54,940 nucleotides of DNA, taken from a virus. Its lineage: Duplodnaviria; Caudoviricetes. Every line of letters begins with the position of its first letter. Position 1 is the stretch's first letter. Of the stretch, positions 8,232 to 18,599 are shown one piece after another. The stretch covers positions 1 through 54,940 of the IMG/VR virus record IMGVR_UViG_3300020452_000389; one strand, given 5' to 3'. The notes below the pieces were generated by a model, which saw nothing but the letters and a program-made list of their open reading frames with translations, was not told the DNA's origin and did no database searches. Position numbers and translations under genes: made by a program.

Positions 8232-10444
8232 TGTATAAGCAAACATTATTAAAAATAGTTAAACCTATTAAACCTAAAGTAATTAAAAGGTTAAATAGAT
8301 ATAAAAAATGGGAATATGGATACAATAAAGAGTATGATATCGTCGTTATATCAAAAACTGGTGAAATTGGTGAAATATATGAAATCCAAAATCTTAGGAT
8401 AGCTTTACCTAAAAAATCAAAAGATGTAGTAAAGTTTAAAGATAATAAATGGGAGAGAACACCATTACCTACAGCTTTTAAACATATTAAAACTATATTT
8501 GACTGGGAAGAATACGATGTAGATTTTAAAGAAACATGGTATGATTACATTGATAAAGAGTTTGATTACAGAGAAAAAGGATTTTGGTTTATTAATAAAG
8601 ACAAACCTACTTATATTACTGGGACTCATTACATGTACTTGCAGTGGTCCAAGATTGATGTTGGGAAACCAGATTTTAGGGAGTCAAACAGATTATTCTT
8701 TATATTCTGGGAAGCTTGTAAAGCCGACGATAGATCATATGGGATTTGTTATCTTAAAAACAGACGATCTGGTTTTTCGTTCATGGCCTCAGGTGAAACT
8801 GTTAACAGCGCAACAATTTCAACAGACTCAAGATTTGGAATATTATCTAAATCAGGACCTGACGCTAAAACGATGTTTACTGACAAAGTCGTACCAATCT
8901 CGGTTAATTACCCGTTTTTCTTTAAACCAATCCAAGATGGTATGGACCGTCCCAAAACAGAATTAGCATATAGAGTTCCTGCAAGTAAATTTACTAGAAG
9001 AAAACTTGAAACTAATGAAACACTTAGAGAGTTAACAGGGTTGGACACAACTGTTGATTGGAAAAACACAGGAGATAACTCTTATGATGGTGAAAAATTA
9101 AAACTATTAGTACATGATGAGAGTGGTAAATGGGAAAGGCCAAATAATATATTAAATAATTGGCGAGTTACTAAAACAACACTACGATTAGGTAGTAAAA
9201 TTATTGGTAAATGTATGATGGGTAGTACCTCTAATGCATTAGATAAAGGAGGAGATAATTTTAAAAAACTTTATTATGACTCGGATGTCACTAAAAGAAA
9301 CGCCAATGGACAGACTCGCTCGGGATTATATTCTTTGTTCATACCTATGGAATGGAACTACGAAGGATACATTGATTCTTATGGCATACCTGTCTTCAAT
9401 ACACCGGAAAAACCCGTGGAAGACCCGCATGGTATTAAAATAAATTTAGGTGTTATAGAGTATTGGCAAAATGAAGTAGATGGATTAAAAGGAGATCAAG
9501 ACGGTTTAAATGAATTTTATAGACAATTTCCAAGAACTGAAGAACATGCTTTTAGAGATGAGGCAAAATCTTCTTTATTTAATTTAACTAAAATTTACGA
9601 ACAAATAGATTGGAACTCTGATATTAACAATAGTAATGTAATAACACAGGGTAATTTTCAATGGGTAAATGGAGTAAAAGATACCACGGTGATTTTTAAC
9701 CCTACAAATAATGGTAGATTTTTTATATCTTGGGTTCCAGAAGTACATTTACAAAATAATGTAATTTCTAAAAATGGTAAAAAATATCCTGGTAATGAGC
9801 ATATGGGTGCTTTTGGTTGTGACAGTTATGATATATCAGGTACTGTAGATAAAAGAGGATCGAATGGATCTTTACACGGTTTAACTAAATTTAGTATGGA
9901 AAATCACCCTGCTAATCATTTTTTTCTTGAATATATAGCTAGACCTGCAACAGCAGAAATATTTTTTGAAGATGTTTTAATGGCTTGTATTTTTTATGGT
10001 ATGCCAATACTTGCAGAAAATAATAAACCTAGATTATTATATTATTTTAAAAGAAGAGGATATAGAGGTTATTCTATGAACAGACCAGATAAAATATATA
10101 ATAAATTGTCTGTAACAGAAAGAGAAATAGGTGGTATACCTAATTCAAGTGAAGATATAAAACAAGCTCATGCTGCTGCTATAGAATCTTATATACAAGA
10201 TTTTATTGGTCTAAAACCTAATAACGATTATGGTGATTTATATTTTCAAAGAACATTACAGGATTGGGCTAAATTTAATATAAACAATAGAACAATGCAC
10301 GATGCTTCCATTAGTTCAGGGCTAGCTATTATGGCTTGTAATAAAAATAAATATAGACCTATACCTAAACAAGCTTTAGTTAATTATGATTTAGGTATAA
10401 AAAAGTATGATAATAAAGGGGATATTTCAAAAATAATACAATAA
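8231..10444 (+). CDS. terL: Terminase large subunit
   Basis: Walker A-like KNRRSGFS, Walker B LLVHDESGK, nuclease FGCDSYD and HDASIS; directly upstream of portal. Confidence 0.9.
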   Translation: MYKQTLLKIVKPIKPKVIKRLNRYKKWEYGYNKEYDIVVISKTGEIGEIYEIQNLRIALPKKSKDVVKFKDNKWERTPLPTAFKHIKTIFDWEEYDVDFKETWYDYIDKEFDYREKGFWFINKDKPTYITGTHYMYLQWSKIDVGKPDFRESNRLFFIFWEACKADDRSYGICYLKNRRSGFSFMASGETVNSATISTDSRFGILSKSGPDAKTMFTDKVVPISVNYPFFFKPIQDGMDRPKTELAYRVPASKFTRRKLETNETLRELTGLDTTVDWKNTGDNSYDGEKLKLLVHDESGKWERPNNILNNWRVTKTTLRLGSKIIGKCMMGSTSNALDKGGDNFKKLYYDSDVTKRNANGQTRSGLYSLFIPMEWNYEGYIDSYGIPVFNTPEKPVEDPHGIKINLGVIEYWQNEVDGLKGDQDGLNEFYRQFPRTEEHAFRDEAKSSLFNLTKIYEQIDWNSDINNSNVITQGNFQWVNGVKDTTVIFNPTNNGRFFISWVPEVHLQNNVISKNGKKYPGNEHMGAFGCDSYDISGTVDKRGSNGSLHGLTKFSMENHPANHFFLEYIARPATAEIFFEDVLMACIFYGMPILAENNKPRLLYYFKRRGYRGYSMNRPDKIYNKLSVTEREIGGIPNSSEDIKQAHAAAIESYIQDFIGLKPNNDYGDLYFQRTLQDWAKFNINNRTMHDASISSGLAIMACNKNKYRPIPKQALVNYDLGIKKYDNKGDISKIIQ
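8541..8966 (+). CDS. Candidate overprinted +1-frame gene inside terL (lipoprotein-like)
   Basis: 141 open codons; terL third positions locally G/C-rich; LLILLGLITC. Confidence 0.45.
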   Translation: MITLIKSLITEKKDFGLLIKTNLLILLGLITCTCSGPRLMLGNQILGSQTDYSLYSGKLVKPTIDHMGFVILKTDDLVFRSWPQVKLLTAQQFQQTQDLEYYLNQDLTLKRCLLTKSYQSRLITRFSLNQSKMVWTVPKQN

Positions 10445-12853
10445 ATGAAAATAAACTATAATAGTAATAGCACATTTCCAGAACAGGTGGTACCTATCGA
10501 GGAAAAGATGTCTTGGGAGTATGGAAAGCGAGTTGCTGATGCTATACAATCAGAATGGTTTGCGCAAGGAAGAACTAATGGTAATAGATATTTAACAAGT
10601 TTTAATGATTTTCATAATAGAAGATTATACGCGAGAGGAGAGCAACCTGTACAAAAATATAAAGATGAGTTATCAATTAATGGTGACTTAAGCTATTTAA
10701 ACTTAGACTGGAAACCAGTACCCATATTGTCTAAATTTGTAGATATATTAACAAACGGTATATCAGCTAAAGATTATGATATAAAAGCTTATGCTCAAGA
10801 TCCAGAATCTATAAAGAAAAGAACAAAATATGCAGAAGGTCTTGCGAAAGATATGTTTGCCTATGAAATACAACAACAAGTTAAAGCCTCTACTGGTGTA
10901 GATATATCTAATACTAAAATCCCAACAGAAAATTTACCTAAAACTATTGAAGAAATGGAATTGCATTTGCAATTATCTTATAAACAATCAATAGAAATTG
11001 CTGAAGAAGAAGCTATTAGTCAAGTATTAGCACAAAATAAATTTGAATTATTAAAACGTAGAATTAATTTAGATTTAGTTACATTAGGTATAGCTGCTGC
11101 TAAAACAAACTTTAATGCTTCTAACGGTATAACACTTGACTACGTTGATCCAGCATATATGATTTATTCATATACTGAAGATCCAAATTTTGAAGATATA
11201 TATTATGTAGGTGAAGTCAAAGCGATGACAATCCCTGAGGTTAAAAAACATTTTCCTCATATATCTAATGAAGAATTAGAAAAACTACAAAAATATAACA
11301 GTAACAGTAATTATATATATGGTTATGGTGGTTATGATCAAAATACTGTACAAGTATTATTTTTTGAATACAAGTCTTATATGGATCAAGTATTTAAATT
11401 AAAGCAAACAGATAATGGATTAGAAAAAATATTAGAAAAACCTGATACATTTAACCCACCACAATCCGATTCTTTTTCTAAAGTTAGTAGAAGTATAGAA
11501 GTTTTATTTGAAGGTGTTAAAGTTTTAGGTACTGATGTAATGTTAAAGTGGGAGTTATCTGAAAACATGACTAGACCTATGTCTGATACAACTAAGGTAG
11601 AAATGAACTACGCTATATGTGCACCTAGAATGTATAAAGGTAGAGTAGAATCTTTAGTTACCAAGACAATGGGTTTTGCTGATATGATTCAATTAACTCA
11701 TTTAAAATTACAGCAAGTACTTTCAAGAATGGTACCAGATGGAGTGTTTTTAGATATGGATGGTTTAGCTGAAGTTGATTTAGGAAATGGTACAAACTAT
11801 AATCCAGCTGAAGCTTTAAATATGTATTTTCAAACAGGTTCTGTTGTAGGTAGATCTTTAACCCAAGATGGTGAGTTGAATAGAGGAAAAGTTCCAGTAC
11901 AAGAATTAACCTCATCAGCTGGTCAAGCTAAAATTGGTGCTTTAATATCTACATATAATTATTATTTACAGATGATTAGAGACGTAACCGGACTTAATGA
12001 AGCAAGAGATGGTACGTTACCAGATAAAGATACATTAGTAGGATTACAAAAAATAGCTGCTCAACAATCAAATATAGCAACAAAACATATTAATAATGCT
12101 AGTTTGTTTATGACTTTAAGATTATGTGAAAACATATCTAAAAAATTAGCTGATGTACTTAACAATCCTTTAACAGCTAACGCTTTAATGGAAAGTATTT
12201 CAGTTTACAATACACAAACATTAAACGAAATTAAAAACTTATCTTTACATGATTTTGGTATTTTCTTAGAACTAGAACCTGATGACGAAGAAAAAGCACA
12301 ATTAGAACAAAACATACAAGTTGCTTTACAAGCTGGTGGTATTGAGTTAGAAGATGCTATAGATTTAAGACAAATAAAAAACTTGAAACTTGCTAATCAA
12401 ATGTTAAAACAAAGACGTAGAATAAAGCAAGAAAGAGATCAAGCAATACAGGAAAGAAATATACAAGCCCAAGCTGAAGCTAATGCTCAATTAGCAGAAA
12501 AAACAGCTATGGTTGAAACACAAAAACAACAAGTATTAACAGAACAAAAAGTTAATATAGAACAAGCTAAATCACAATTTGAAATACAAAGAATGCAGAC
12601 AGAAGCAGAAATAAAACGTATGCTTATGGCTGAAGAATTTAATTACAATGTTGAGTTAGCAAGAGCACAAAGAGAAACTGAATCTTTAAAAGAAACAGAA
12701 ATAGAAAATAGAAAAGACAAAAGAATTAAATTGGAAGGATCACAACAGAGTCAAATGATACAACAAAGACAAAATGATGGTCCACCAATAAATTTTGAGT
12801 CAAGCAACGATAGCATAGGGGATTTTGGATTAGAAGCTTTTAGCCCTAAATAA
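10445..12853 (+). CDS. Portal protein
   Basis: 802 aa between terL and scaffold; long C-terminal coiled coil. Confidence 0.85.
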   Translation: MKINYNSNSTFPEQVVPIEEKMSWEYGKRVADAIQSEWFAQGRTNGNRYLTSFNDFHNRRLYARGEQPVQKYKDELSINGDLSYLNLDWKPVPILSKFVDILTNGISAKDYDIKAYAQDPESIKKRTKYAEGLAKDMFAYEIQQQVKASTGVDISNTKIPTENLPKTIEEMELHLQLSYKQSIEIAEEEAISQVLAQNKFELLKRRINLDLVTLGIAAAKTNFNASNGITLDYVDPAYMIYSYTEDPNFEDIYYVGEVKAMTIPEVKKHFPHISNEELEKLQKYNSNSNYIYGYGGYDQNTVQVLFFEYKSYMDQVFKLKQTDNGLEKILEKPDTFNPPQSDSFSKVSRSIEVLFEGVKVLGTDVMLKWELSENMTRPMSDTTKVEMNYAICAPRMYKGRVESLVTKTMGFADMIQLTHLKLQQVLSRMVPDGVFLDMDGLAEVDLGNGTNYNPAEALNMYFQTGSVVGRSLTQDGELNRGKVPVQELTSSAGQAKIGALISTYNYYLQMIRDVTGLNEARDGTLPDKDTLVGLQKIAAQQSNIATKHINNASLFMTLRLCENISKKLADVLNNPLTANALMESISVYNTQTLNEIKNLSLHDFGIFLELEPDDEEKAQLEQNIQVALQAGGIELEDAIDLRQIKNLKLANQMLKQRRRIKQERDQAIQERNIQAQAEANAQLAEKTAMVETQKQQVLTEQKVNIEQAKSQFEIQRMQTEAEIKRMLMAEEFNYNVELARAQRETESLKETEIENRKDKRIKLEGSQQSQMIQQRQNDGPPINFESSNDSIGDFGLEAFSPK

Positions 12854-12877
12854 TTACTAATTTTATAATATTATATC

Positions 12878-14113
12878 ATGTCAGAAGAAACAAAAACAAA
12901 TAAACCTGTTAAACAGGAAGGTGACTTTAAATTAAAAACAAAGAAAAAGACACCTAAAAAACTTGGTGAAATTAATAACGATCCAATTAAAGTAGATTTA
13001 ACAAAACCAGAGGCTACTGGAGAAATAGTTCCAGAAGTTACAAAGGTTACAATACCTAAAGAAGATGCCATTTCAGAGCCAGAAACAGGAGGATTACTTG
13101 AAGATAAACAAACCGGAGATATACAAGAGGTGGATAAAGAAGTACGGTCCAGCGAAAATGTGGAAGTACAAGAACCCAAAGAAGAAGATTCTGTCGTTGA
13201 AATCCAAGAAATAACTGAAGAACAAGAGGTTAAAGAAATTAAACAAGATATTGCTGAAGCTAAAAGAGACGAGCAAGTACTTGGTAAACCTTTACCTGAA
13301 AATATAGAAAAACTAGTGACTTTTATGGAAGACACTGGTGGTACGGTAGAAGATTATGTGAGATTAAATCATGATTATAGTAAAACAGATGATGTATCCT
13401 TACTTAATGAATACTACAAACAAACAAAACCTCATTTAAATAGTGAAGAAATTTCTTTCTTAATGGAAGATAATTTTAATTATGACGAAGAGGTTGACGA
13501 AGCTAGAGATGTAAGAAAGAAGAAACTAGCTTTTAAAGAAGAAGTTGCAAAAGCCCGTAAGGAACTAGAAACTCTTAAAGATAAATATTACCAGGAAATC
13601 AAGTTGAGACCTGGTATATCTCAAGAGCAAAAGAAAGCTATGGACTTTTTCAATAGATACAATGAGCAACAAAAGACGATGGAAAACAACCATCAGGATT
13701 TTAAAACTAAAACTAATCAATTGTTTAATAATGAATTTCAAGGGTTTGATTTCAACGTTGGACAAAAAAAGTTTAGATATAAAGTTTCTAATCCTACACA
13801 AGTTGGTGAAACACAAACCGATATTAGTAAATTTATTAATAAATATACTGATGAAAAAGGTATTGTTTCCGATACACATGGTTATCACAAAGCGTTATAT
13901 GCTGCTATGAATGCTGATAAAATTGCTAATCATTTTTATGAACAAGGGAAAGCTGATGGTGTAAAAACTATAGTTGACAGTTCTAAGAATATCGCAGGTG
14001 AAAAACCTAGGCAAGTTGCCGATGGTAACGTTTTCATAAACGGATTAAAAGTAAGATCGATTAGTGGATTAGATTCAACAAAATTAAAAATAAAAACAAA
14101 AAAATTTAACTAA
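12878..14113 (+). CDS. Capsid scaffolding protein
   Basis: Acidic disordered N-terminal half and helical C-terminal half; immediately upstream of the capsid gene. Confidence 0.7.
   Translation: MSEETKTNKPVKQEGDFKLKTKKKTPKKLGEINNDPIKVDLTKPEATGEIVPEVTKVTIPKEDAISEPETGGLLEDKQTGDIQEVDKEVRSSENVEVQEPKEEDSVVEIQEITEEQEVKEIKQDIAEAKRDEQVLGKPLPENIEKLVTFMEDTGGTVEDYVRLNHDYSKTDDVSLLNEYYKQTKPHLNSEEISFLMEDNFNYDEEVDEARDVRKKKLAFKEEVAKARKELETLKDKYYQEIKLRPGISQEQKKAMDFFNRYNEQQKTMENNHQDFKTKTNQLFNNEFQGFDFNVGQKKFRYKVSNPTQVGETQTDISKFINKYTDEKGIVSDTHGYHKALYAAMNADKIANHFYEQGKADGVKTIVDSSKNIAGEKPRQVADGNVFINGLKVRSISGLDSTKLKIKTKKFN
13065..13214 (+). CDS. Overprinted small basic protein of MPFxSxKQ...PEI.KRW type, in the +1 frame of the scaffold gene
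   Basis: MPFQSQKQEDYLKINKPEIYKRWIKKYGPAKMWKYKNPKKKILSLKSKK*. Confidence 0.7.
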   Translation: MPFQSQKQEDYLKINKPEIYKRWIKKYGPAKMWKYKNPKKKILSLKSKK

Positions 14114-14132
14114 CTAATTAAAAATTAAAATT

Positions 14133-15620
14133 ATGGCTTTAACTCCACAATTTGGGAGTATAATACCCTCTCAATCGCAACAAATCCTAACGGATAACTA
14201 TCTTCAATTTGATAGTGCTGGTGCGAATTCAAATAACTTTGCTCAGCAATACCTACCGGAATTGTATGAACAAGAAGTAGAAAGATATGGTAACAGAACA
14301 TTATCAGGATTTCTACGCATGGTAGGCGCTGAAATGCCTATGACTTCAGATCAGGTTATATGGTCTGAGCAAAATAGATTACATATTGCGTATGATAACT
14401 GTACATCAAATTCAGGAAATGGAACAATTACTATTCCTGTAACTGCTACAACTGCTGCTAATCCTATTTTAAATGTAATATCTCCAGGATCAACAATTGT
14501 TGTAATGGATGACCTCGGAAACGAAGCAAAATGTTTTGTTAGAATATCTGACACGGCTGCTGCTGGTGGTGCTGGTAACCCAGGACAGTTAACTGTAGAA
14601 CCTTACGGTTTTGCTAACTTAGCTGCTGCTGGAATTGCTAATAGTGCTAATAACAAAATATTTGTTTACGGTTCTGAATTCCAAAAAGGAACATCAACTG
14701 CTAATGGTGTTGTAGGTGTAAACACTTACGCTGCTGTTAACAATCCACAAGTAACAGTTACTCCTAGCTTTACACAATATCATAACTCTCCTATTATCCT
14801 TAGAAGTACTTATACTATCAATGGTTCTGACACAGCTCAGATCGGTTGGGTAGAAGTTTCTACTGAAGATGGTACTGGAGGATATTTATGGTACTTAAAA
14901 GCTGAGTCTGAAACTAGACTTAGATTTGAAGATTACCTAGAAATGTCTATGGTAGAAGCTGAGCTATCTGCTGGAGGTCCTGCTGGATTAGTTGCTCAAT
15001 CACTTGGTTCTGAAGGTTTATTCGCTGCTATCAACGCAAGAGGAAACGTTCAAGTAGGATTTAGTGCTGCTGCTGGTTTAGACGCATTCGATGCAATTCT
15101 TAAAAATTTAGATACTCAAGGAGCTATTGAAGAAAACATGCTTTTCTTAAACAGATCTTCTAATCTTGATTTTGATGATATGCTAGGATCTATCTCTGGT
15201 GGTTTCGCTGGTGGTACTGCTTTTGGTTTGTTTGAAAACTCAGAAGAAATGGCTTTAAATCTTGGTTTCTCAGGATTTAGAAGAGGTTCTTATGACTTCT
15301 ATAAAACAGACTGGAAATACTTAAATGATGCTTCTACAAGAGGTGCTCAAGTTGGACCTGCTTCAATCGAAGGAGTTTTAATACCAGCTGGTACTTCAAC
15401 TGTATATGATCAAATTTTAGGTACTAACATTAGAAGACCTTTCTTACACGTAAGATATAGAGCTTCTCAGACTGACGACAGAAGAATGAAGTCGTGGTTA
15501 ACTGGTTCAGTAGGTGGTGCTTTCACTTCATCTTTAGATGCAATGGAAGTTAACTTCTTATCTGAAAGATGTTTAGTTACTCAAGCTGCGAATAATTTCG
15601 TATTATTCAAAGGATTATAA
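14133..15620 (+). CDS. Major capsid protein
   Basis: 495 aa after scaffold, highly biased codons, followed by a strong terminator. Confidence 0.85.
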   Translation: MALTPQFGSIIPSQSQQILTDNYLQFDSAGANSNNFAQQYLPELYEQEVERYGNRTLSGFLRMVGAEMPMTSDQVIWSEQNRLHIAYDNCTSNSGNGTITIPVTATTAANPILNVISPGSTIVVMDDLGNEAKCFVRISDTAAAGGAGNPGQLTVEPYGFANLAAAGIANSANNKIFVYGSEFQKGTSTANGVVGVNTYAAVNNPQVTVTPSFTQYHNSPIILRSTYTINGSDTAQIGWVEVSTEDGTGGYLWYLKAESETRLRFEDYLEMSMVEAELSAGGPAGLVAQSLGSEGLFAAINARGNVQVGFSAAAGLDAFDAILKNLDTQGAIEENMLFLNRSSNLDFDDMLGSISGGFAGGTAFGLFENSEEMALNLGFSGFRRGSYDFYKTDWKYLNDASTRGAQVGPASIEGVLIPAGTSTVYDQILGTNIRRPFLHVRYRASQTDDRRMKSWLTGSVGGAFTSSLDAMEVNFLSERCLVTQAANNFVLFKGL

Positions 15621-15640
15621 AATAATCCAACTATAATAAT

Positions 15641-15676
15641 TATCCCCGTCAAATGGCGGGGGTATTTATTTTTTTT
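15641..15676 (+). terminator. Rho-independent terminator after the capsid gene
   Basis: TATCCCCGTC-AAAT-GGCGGGGGTA followed by a T-tract. Confidence 0.9.
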
Positions 15677-15699
15677 AAACTTTTTAATTATATTATATT

Positions 15700-16464
15700 A
15701 TGTCAAAACAAAAAATAACCCAACCTAAAAATTGGGAAATAAAAGATAGAAACTATTATCTAACGGGAGGAAAATCTCCGTTAACTTTTACAATACCTAG
15801 TAAACATAGCAAAAAACATCCTTTACTATGGTTTGATGAAGAAACGGGATCTCAAAGAGAACTAAGATATGCAACTAATCAATCTTCGGTTTTTGTAGAT
15901 GAACAAATAGGAGAAGCGACTATGGGCCATATAACATTTAAAGATGGTGTTTTAAACGTACCTAAAGAAAAACAAAACTTACAAAAACTTTTATCTCTTT
16001 ATCATCCGTTAAAAATACATAGATACAGAGAATTAGAACCTCAAAAGGTTGCAGTAAGTGAATTAGATGAATTAAATTTTGAAATAGACGCGTTAAACGC
16101 TGCTAAATCAATGGATATAGAACATGCAGAGGCTGTATTAAGAGTAGAGTGTGGATCTGAAGTAAATAAGTTAAGCTCAAAAGAAATAAAAAGAGATTTA
16201 CTTTTATTTGCTAAAAAGAATCCTTCGCTATTTATAGAATTAGCTAATGATGAAAATGTTGTTTTAAGAAATTTTGGTATTAGAGCTACTGAAGCAGGTA
16301 TTTTAAAATTATCAGATGATCAAAGATATTTTATGTGGGCTTCTAATGGTAAAAAATTAATGACAATACCATTTGATGAAAATCCTTATTCAGCATTTGC
16401 TGCTTTTTTAAAGACAGACGAAGGTGTAGAAATATATAAGTCTATCGAGAAAAAATTTAAATAA
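15700..16464 (+). CDS. Hypothetical morphogenesis protein
   Basis: 254 aa downstream of the capsid gene. Confidence 0.75.
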   Translation: MSKQKITQPKNWEIKDRNYYLTGGKSPLTFTIPSKHSKKHPLLWFDEETGSQRELRYATNQSSVFVDEQIGEATMGHITFKDGVLNVPKEKQNLQKLLSLYHPLKIHRYRELEPQKVAVSELDELNFEIDALNAAKSMDIEHAEAVLRVECGSEVNKLSSKEIKRDLLLFAKKNPSLFIELANDENVVLRNFGIRATEAGILKLSDDQRYFMWASNGKKLMTIPFDENPYSAFAAFLKTDEGVEIYKSIEKKFK

Positions 16465-16467
16465 CAG

Positions 16468-16480
16468 GTAATTATAATAA
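16468..16480 (+). promoter_or_regulatory. Putative phage promoter motif (copy 2)
   Basis: GTAATTATAATAA. Confidence 0.45.
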
Positions 16481-16506
16481 CAGGTGGTTACTTATGTGGC
16501 CACCTG
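16481..16506 (+). other. Intergenic stem-loop (5' stabiliser, processing site or weak terminator)
   Basis: CAGGTGGTTAC-TTAT-GTGGCCACCTG; G-U pairs favour the + strand; no U-tract. Confidence 0.7.
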
Positions 16507-16529
16507 ATTATTAACATAATAAAATTAAC

Positions 16530-17327
16530 ATGGCAATAAACGTAAATCAGGTTTATAGTACTGTATTAACAATACTAAACAAAGAACAACGAGGATACAT
16601 TACTCCTGACGAGTTTAATAAAATAAGTACTCAGTCACAATTAGAAATCTTTGAACAATATTTTGAAGATTTAAATCAACAATTACGTGTGCCACAAGCT
16701 GATGTAGATTATTCTGATAGAATAGAAAATATAGATGAAAGAATAGCTACATTCAAAACATTTGGTAATGCTACATATGATAACACTACCACTCCATTAA
16801 ATCCCTATTGGAATTTACCAATAATAGACAGTTATGGTAATACAGTTATATACTCAGGGGTTGAACCTACAAACCCTCCTTTTCCTTCAACAACTGTTTC
16901 TTTTTATAGATTAGGAACAGTAACTTATAATTACTTAGGTATTCCTACAGAAATACAAAGATTACAAAGAAGTGATTATTATCAAATACAAAAATCTCCA
17001 CTTACTAAAGCTACTAATAGCTTTCCTAATTATCTTTACGAAAACAACAAACTTTATATAAGTCCTAGTACTATTGTAAGTGCTGGAGATATAACTGTAG
17101 ATTTTGTAAGAAAACCTAGAAACGTTGTTTGGGGTTATTCTTTAGGAAATGTAGGTCAATATGTTTATGACCCTGCTATATCACAAAATTTTGAACTATC
17201 AGAATCAGAACAAACTGCTTTAATAATTAAAATATTGTTATATGCTGGAGTTGTAATAAAAGATCCTCAACTTATACAAGTGGCTGCAGCAGAAGAACAA
17301 GCTACAGAAATAAATCAAAAAAGTTAA
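16530..17327 (+). CDS. Head-tail adaptor or tail ring protein
   Basis: NKEQRGYITPDEFN N-terminus; position in the virion module. Confidence 0.6.
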   Translation: MAINVNQVYSTVLTILNKEQRGYITPDEFNKISTQSQLEIFEQYFEDLNQQLRVPQADVDYSDRIENIDERIATFKTFGNATYDNTTTPLNPYWNLPIIDSYGNTVIYSGVEPTNPPFPSTTVSFYRLGTVTYNYLGIPTEIQRLQRSDYYQIQKSPLTKATNSFPNYLYENNKLYISPSTIVSAGDITVDFVRKPRNVVWGYSLGNVGQYVYDPAISQNFELSESEQTALIIKILLYAGVVIKDPQLIQVAAAEEQATEINQKS

Positions 17328-17333
17328 TAGAAT

Positions 17334-18593
17334 ATGGCTATACAACCACCAAACGATGGATTACTTACTGAAAACGCACAACAGTATTTTCAAGGGTCAC
17401 AAGGTTTTAGAGGTAATGCTGGTAATACCGCTGGTCAATCATTTACTACTAGTTTCGATACTGATCTTTATTTAGGGGATTGGGATCCTACAGGTACAAA
17501 TTATGCTTTAAATAATTTTAAAATATACACTAGTCCTACAGCAATACCTGGAACATGGTCTGAATGGGTTACAGCTTTTACAGTTACAAATGCTAAAACT
17601 ATTACTCTTACAGCAGCGCCAGGCGCTAATCAATATATAGTTGTACAATTAAATATATTAACTGGTGGTAAATATGCTTCAACAGAAGCTGAAAAAGCAT
17701 ATGGACAAACCACAGAAGATAACTATGGAAGTTATCAATACACTAAACTTAATGATGTAATTAATAATTTTTTAGTTGCATATGTAGGGGCAGGAAAATT
17801 AATTCCTAGTGTTAAAAGAACTGATGTAATATTTCACGCTAAAAGAGCGATGCAAGAATTCAGTTATGATACTTTAAAAAGTATTAAATCTGCAGAATTA
17901 ACTATACCAGCAGGTTTAACCTTGGTACTACCTCAAGATTATGTTAATTTTGTTAAATGTTCTTGGGTTGATAGGTTAGGTGTTTTACACCCTATTTATC
18001 CTGCTAACAATTTAACAATGAGTCCTTATTATACACAAGTACAAGACTCCGCCGGTATACCCACTCAAGATAGTTTTGGTAATGATATAGAATCTGAATC
18101 CAAAACTCAAGATAGATGGCATACAGCAAACACAAATTGGATTAATGGATTTTTCAACTCAAATGATTTTACAAATGATATGTGGGCTTATAATGCTGAC
18201 ATGTATGGATTTTGGGGAGGAAGATTAGGTCAGCAATACGGTATTGATCCCCAGTATCATCAAGTAAATGGCTGGTTTAATCTAAACGAAAGAGAAGGTA
18301 AAATTTCTTTTTCATCTGATTTAGCTAATAAACTAATAATACTTGAATATGTTTCTGATGGTTTATCATCAGACTTAGATACTAAAGTTCCTAAACTAGC
18401 GGAAGAAGCTATGTACTCTTATATTATTCATGCTGTAATATCCACAAGAATAAATCAACCAGAATATGTAGTTCAAAGATTACGTAGAGAAAAAAGTGCT
18501 AAATTAAGAAATGCAAAGATAAGATTATCTAATATTAAACTTGATGAAATAGTTCAAGTTATGCGTGGTAAATCTAAATGGATAAAACACTAG
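17334..18593 (+). CDS. Tail structural (ring/adaptor) protein
   Basis: LPQDYVNFVK and ILEYVSDG segments; position in the virion module. Confidence 0.6.
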   Translation: MAIQPPNDGLLTENAQQYFQGSQGFRGNAGNTAGQSFTTSFDTDLYLGDWDPTGTNYALNNFKIYTSPTAIPGTWSEWVTAFTVTNAKTITLTAAPGANQYIVVQLNILTGGKYASTEAEKAYGQTTEDNYGSYQYTKLNDVINNFLVAYVGAGKLIPSVKRTDVIFHAKRAMQEFSYDTLKSIKSAELTIPAGLTLVLPQDYVNFVKCSWVDRLGVLHPIYPANNLTMSPYYTQVQDSAGIPTQDSFGNDIESESKTQDRWHTANTNWINGFFNSNDFTNDMWAYNADMYGFWGGRLGQQYGIDPQYHQVNGWFNLNEREGKISFSSDLANKLIILEYVSDGLSSDLDTKVPKLAEEAMYSYIIHAVISTRINQPEYVVQRLRREKSAKLRNAKIRLSNIKLDEIVQVMRGKSKWIKH

Positions 18594-18599
18594 AATTAA

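Noticed and set aside
13662-13910. 82-aa +1 ORF in the scaffold gene
   Set aside because: Mostly L/I/K as expected from frame bias, with only a weak codon anomaly; not supported, though worth including in a conservation test.
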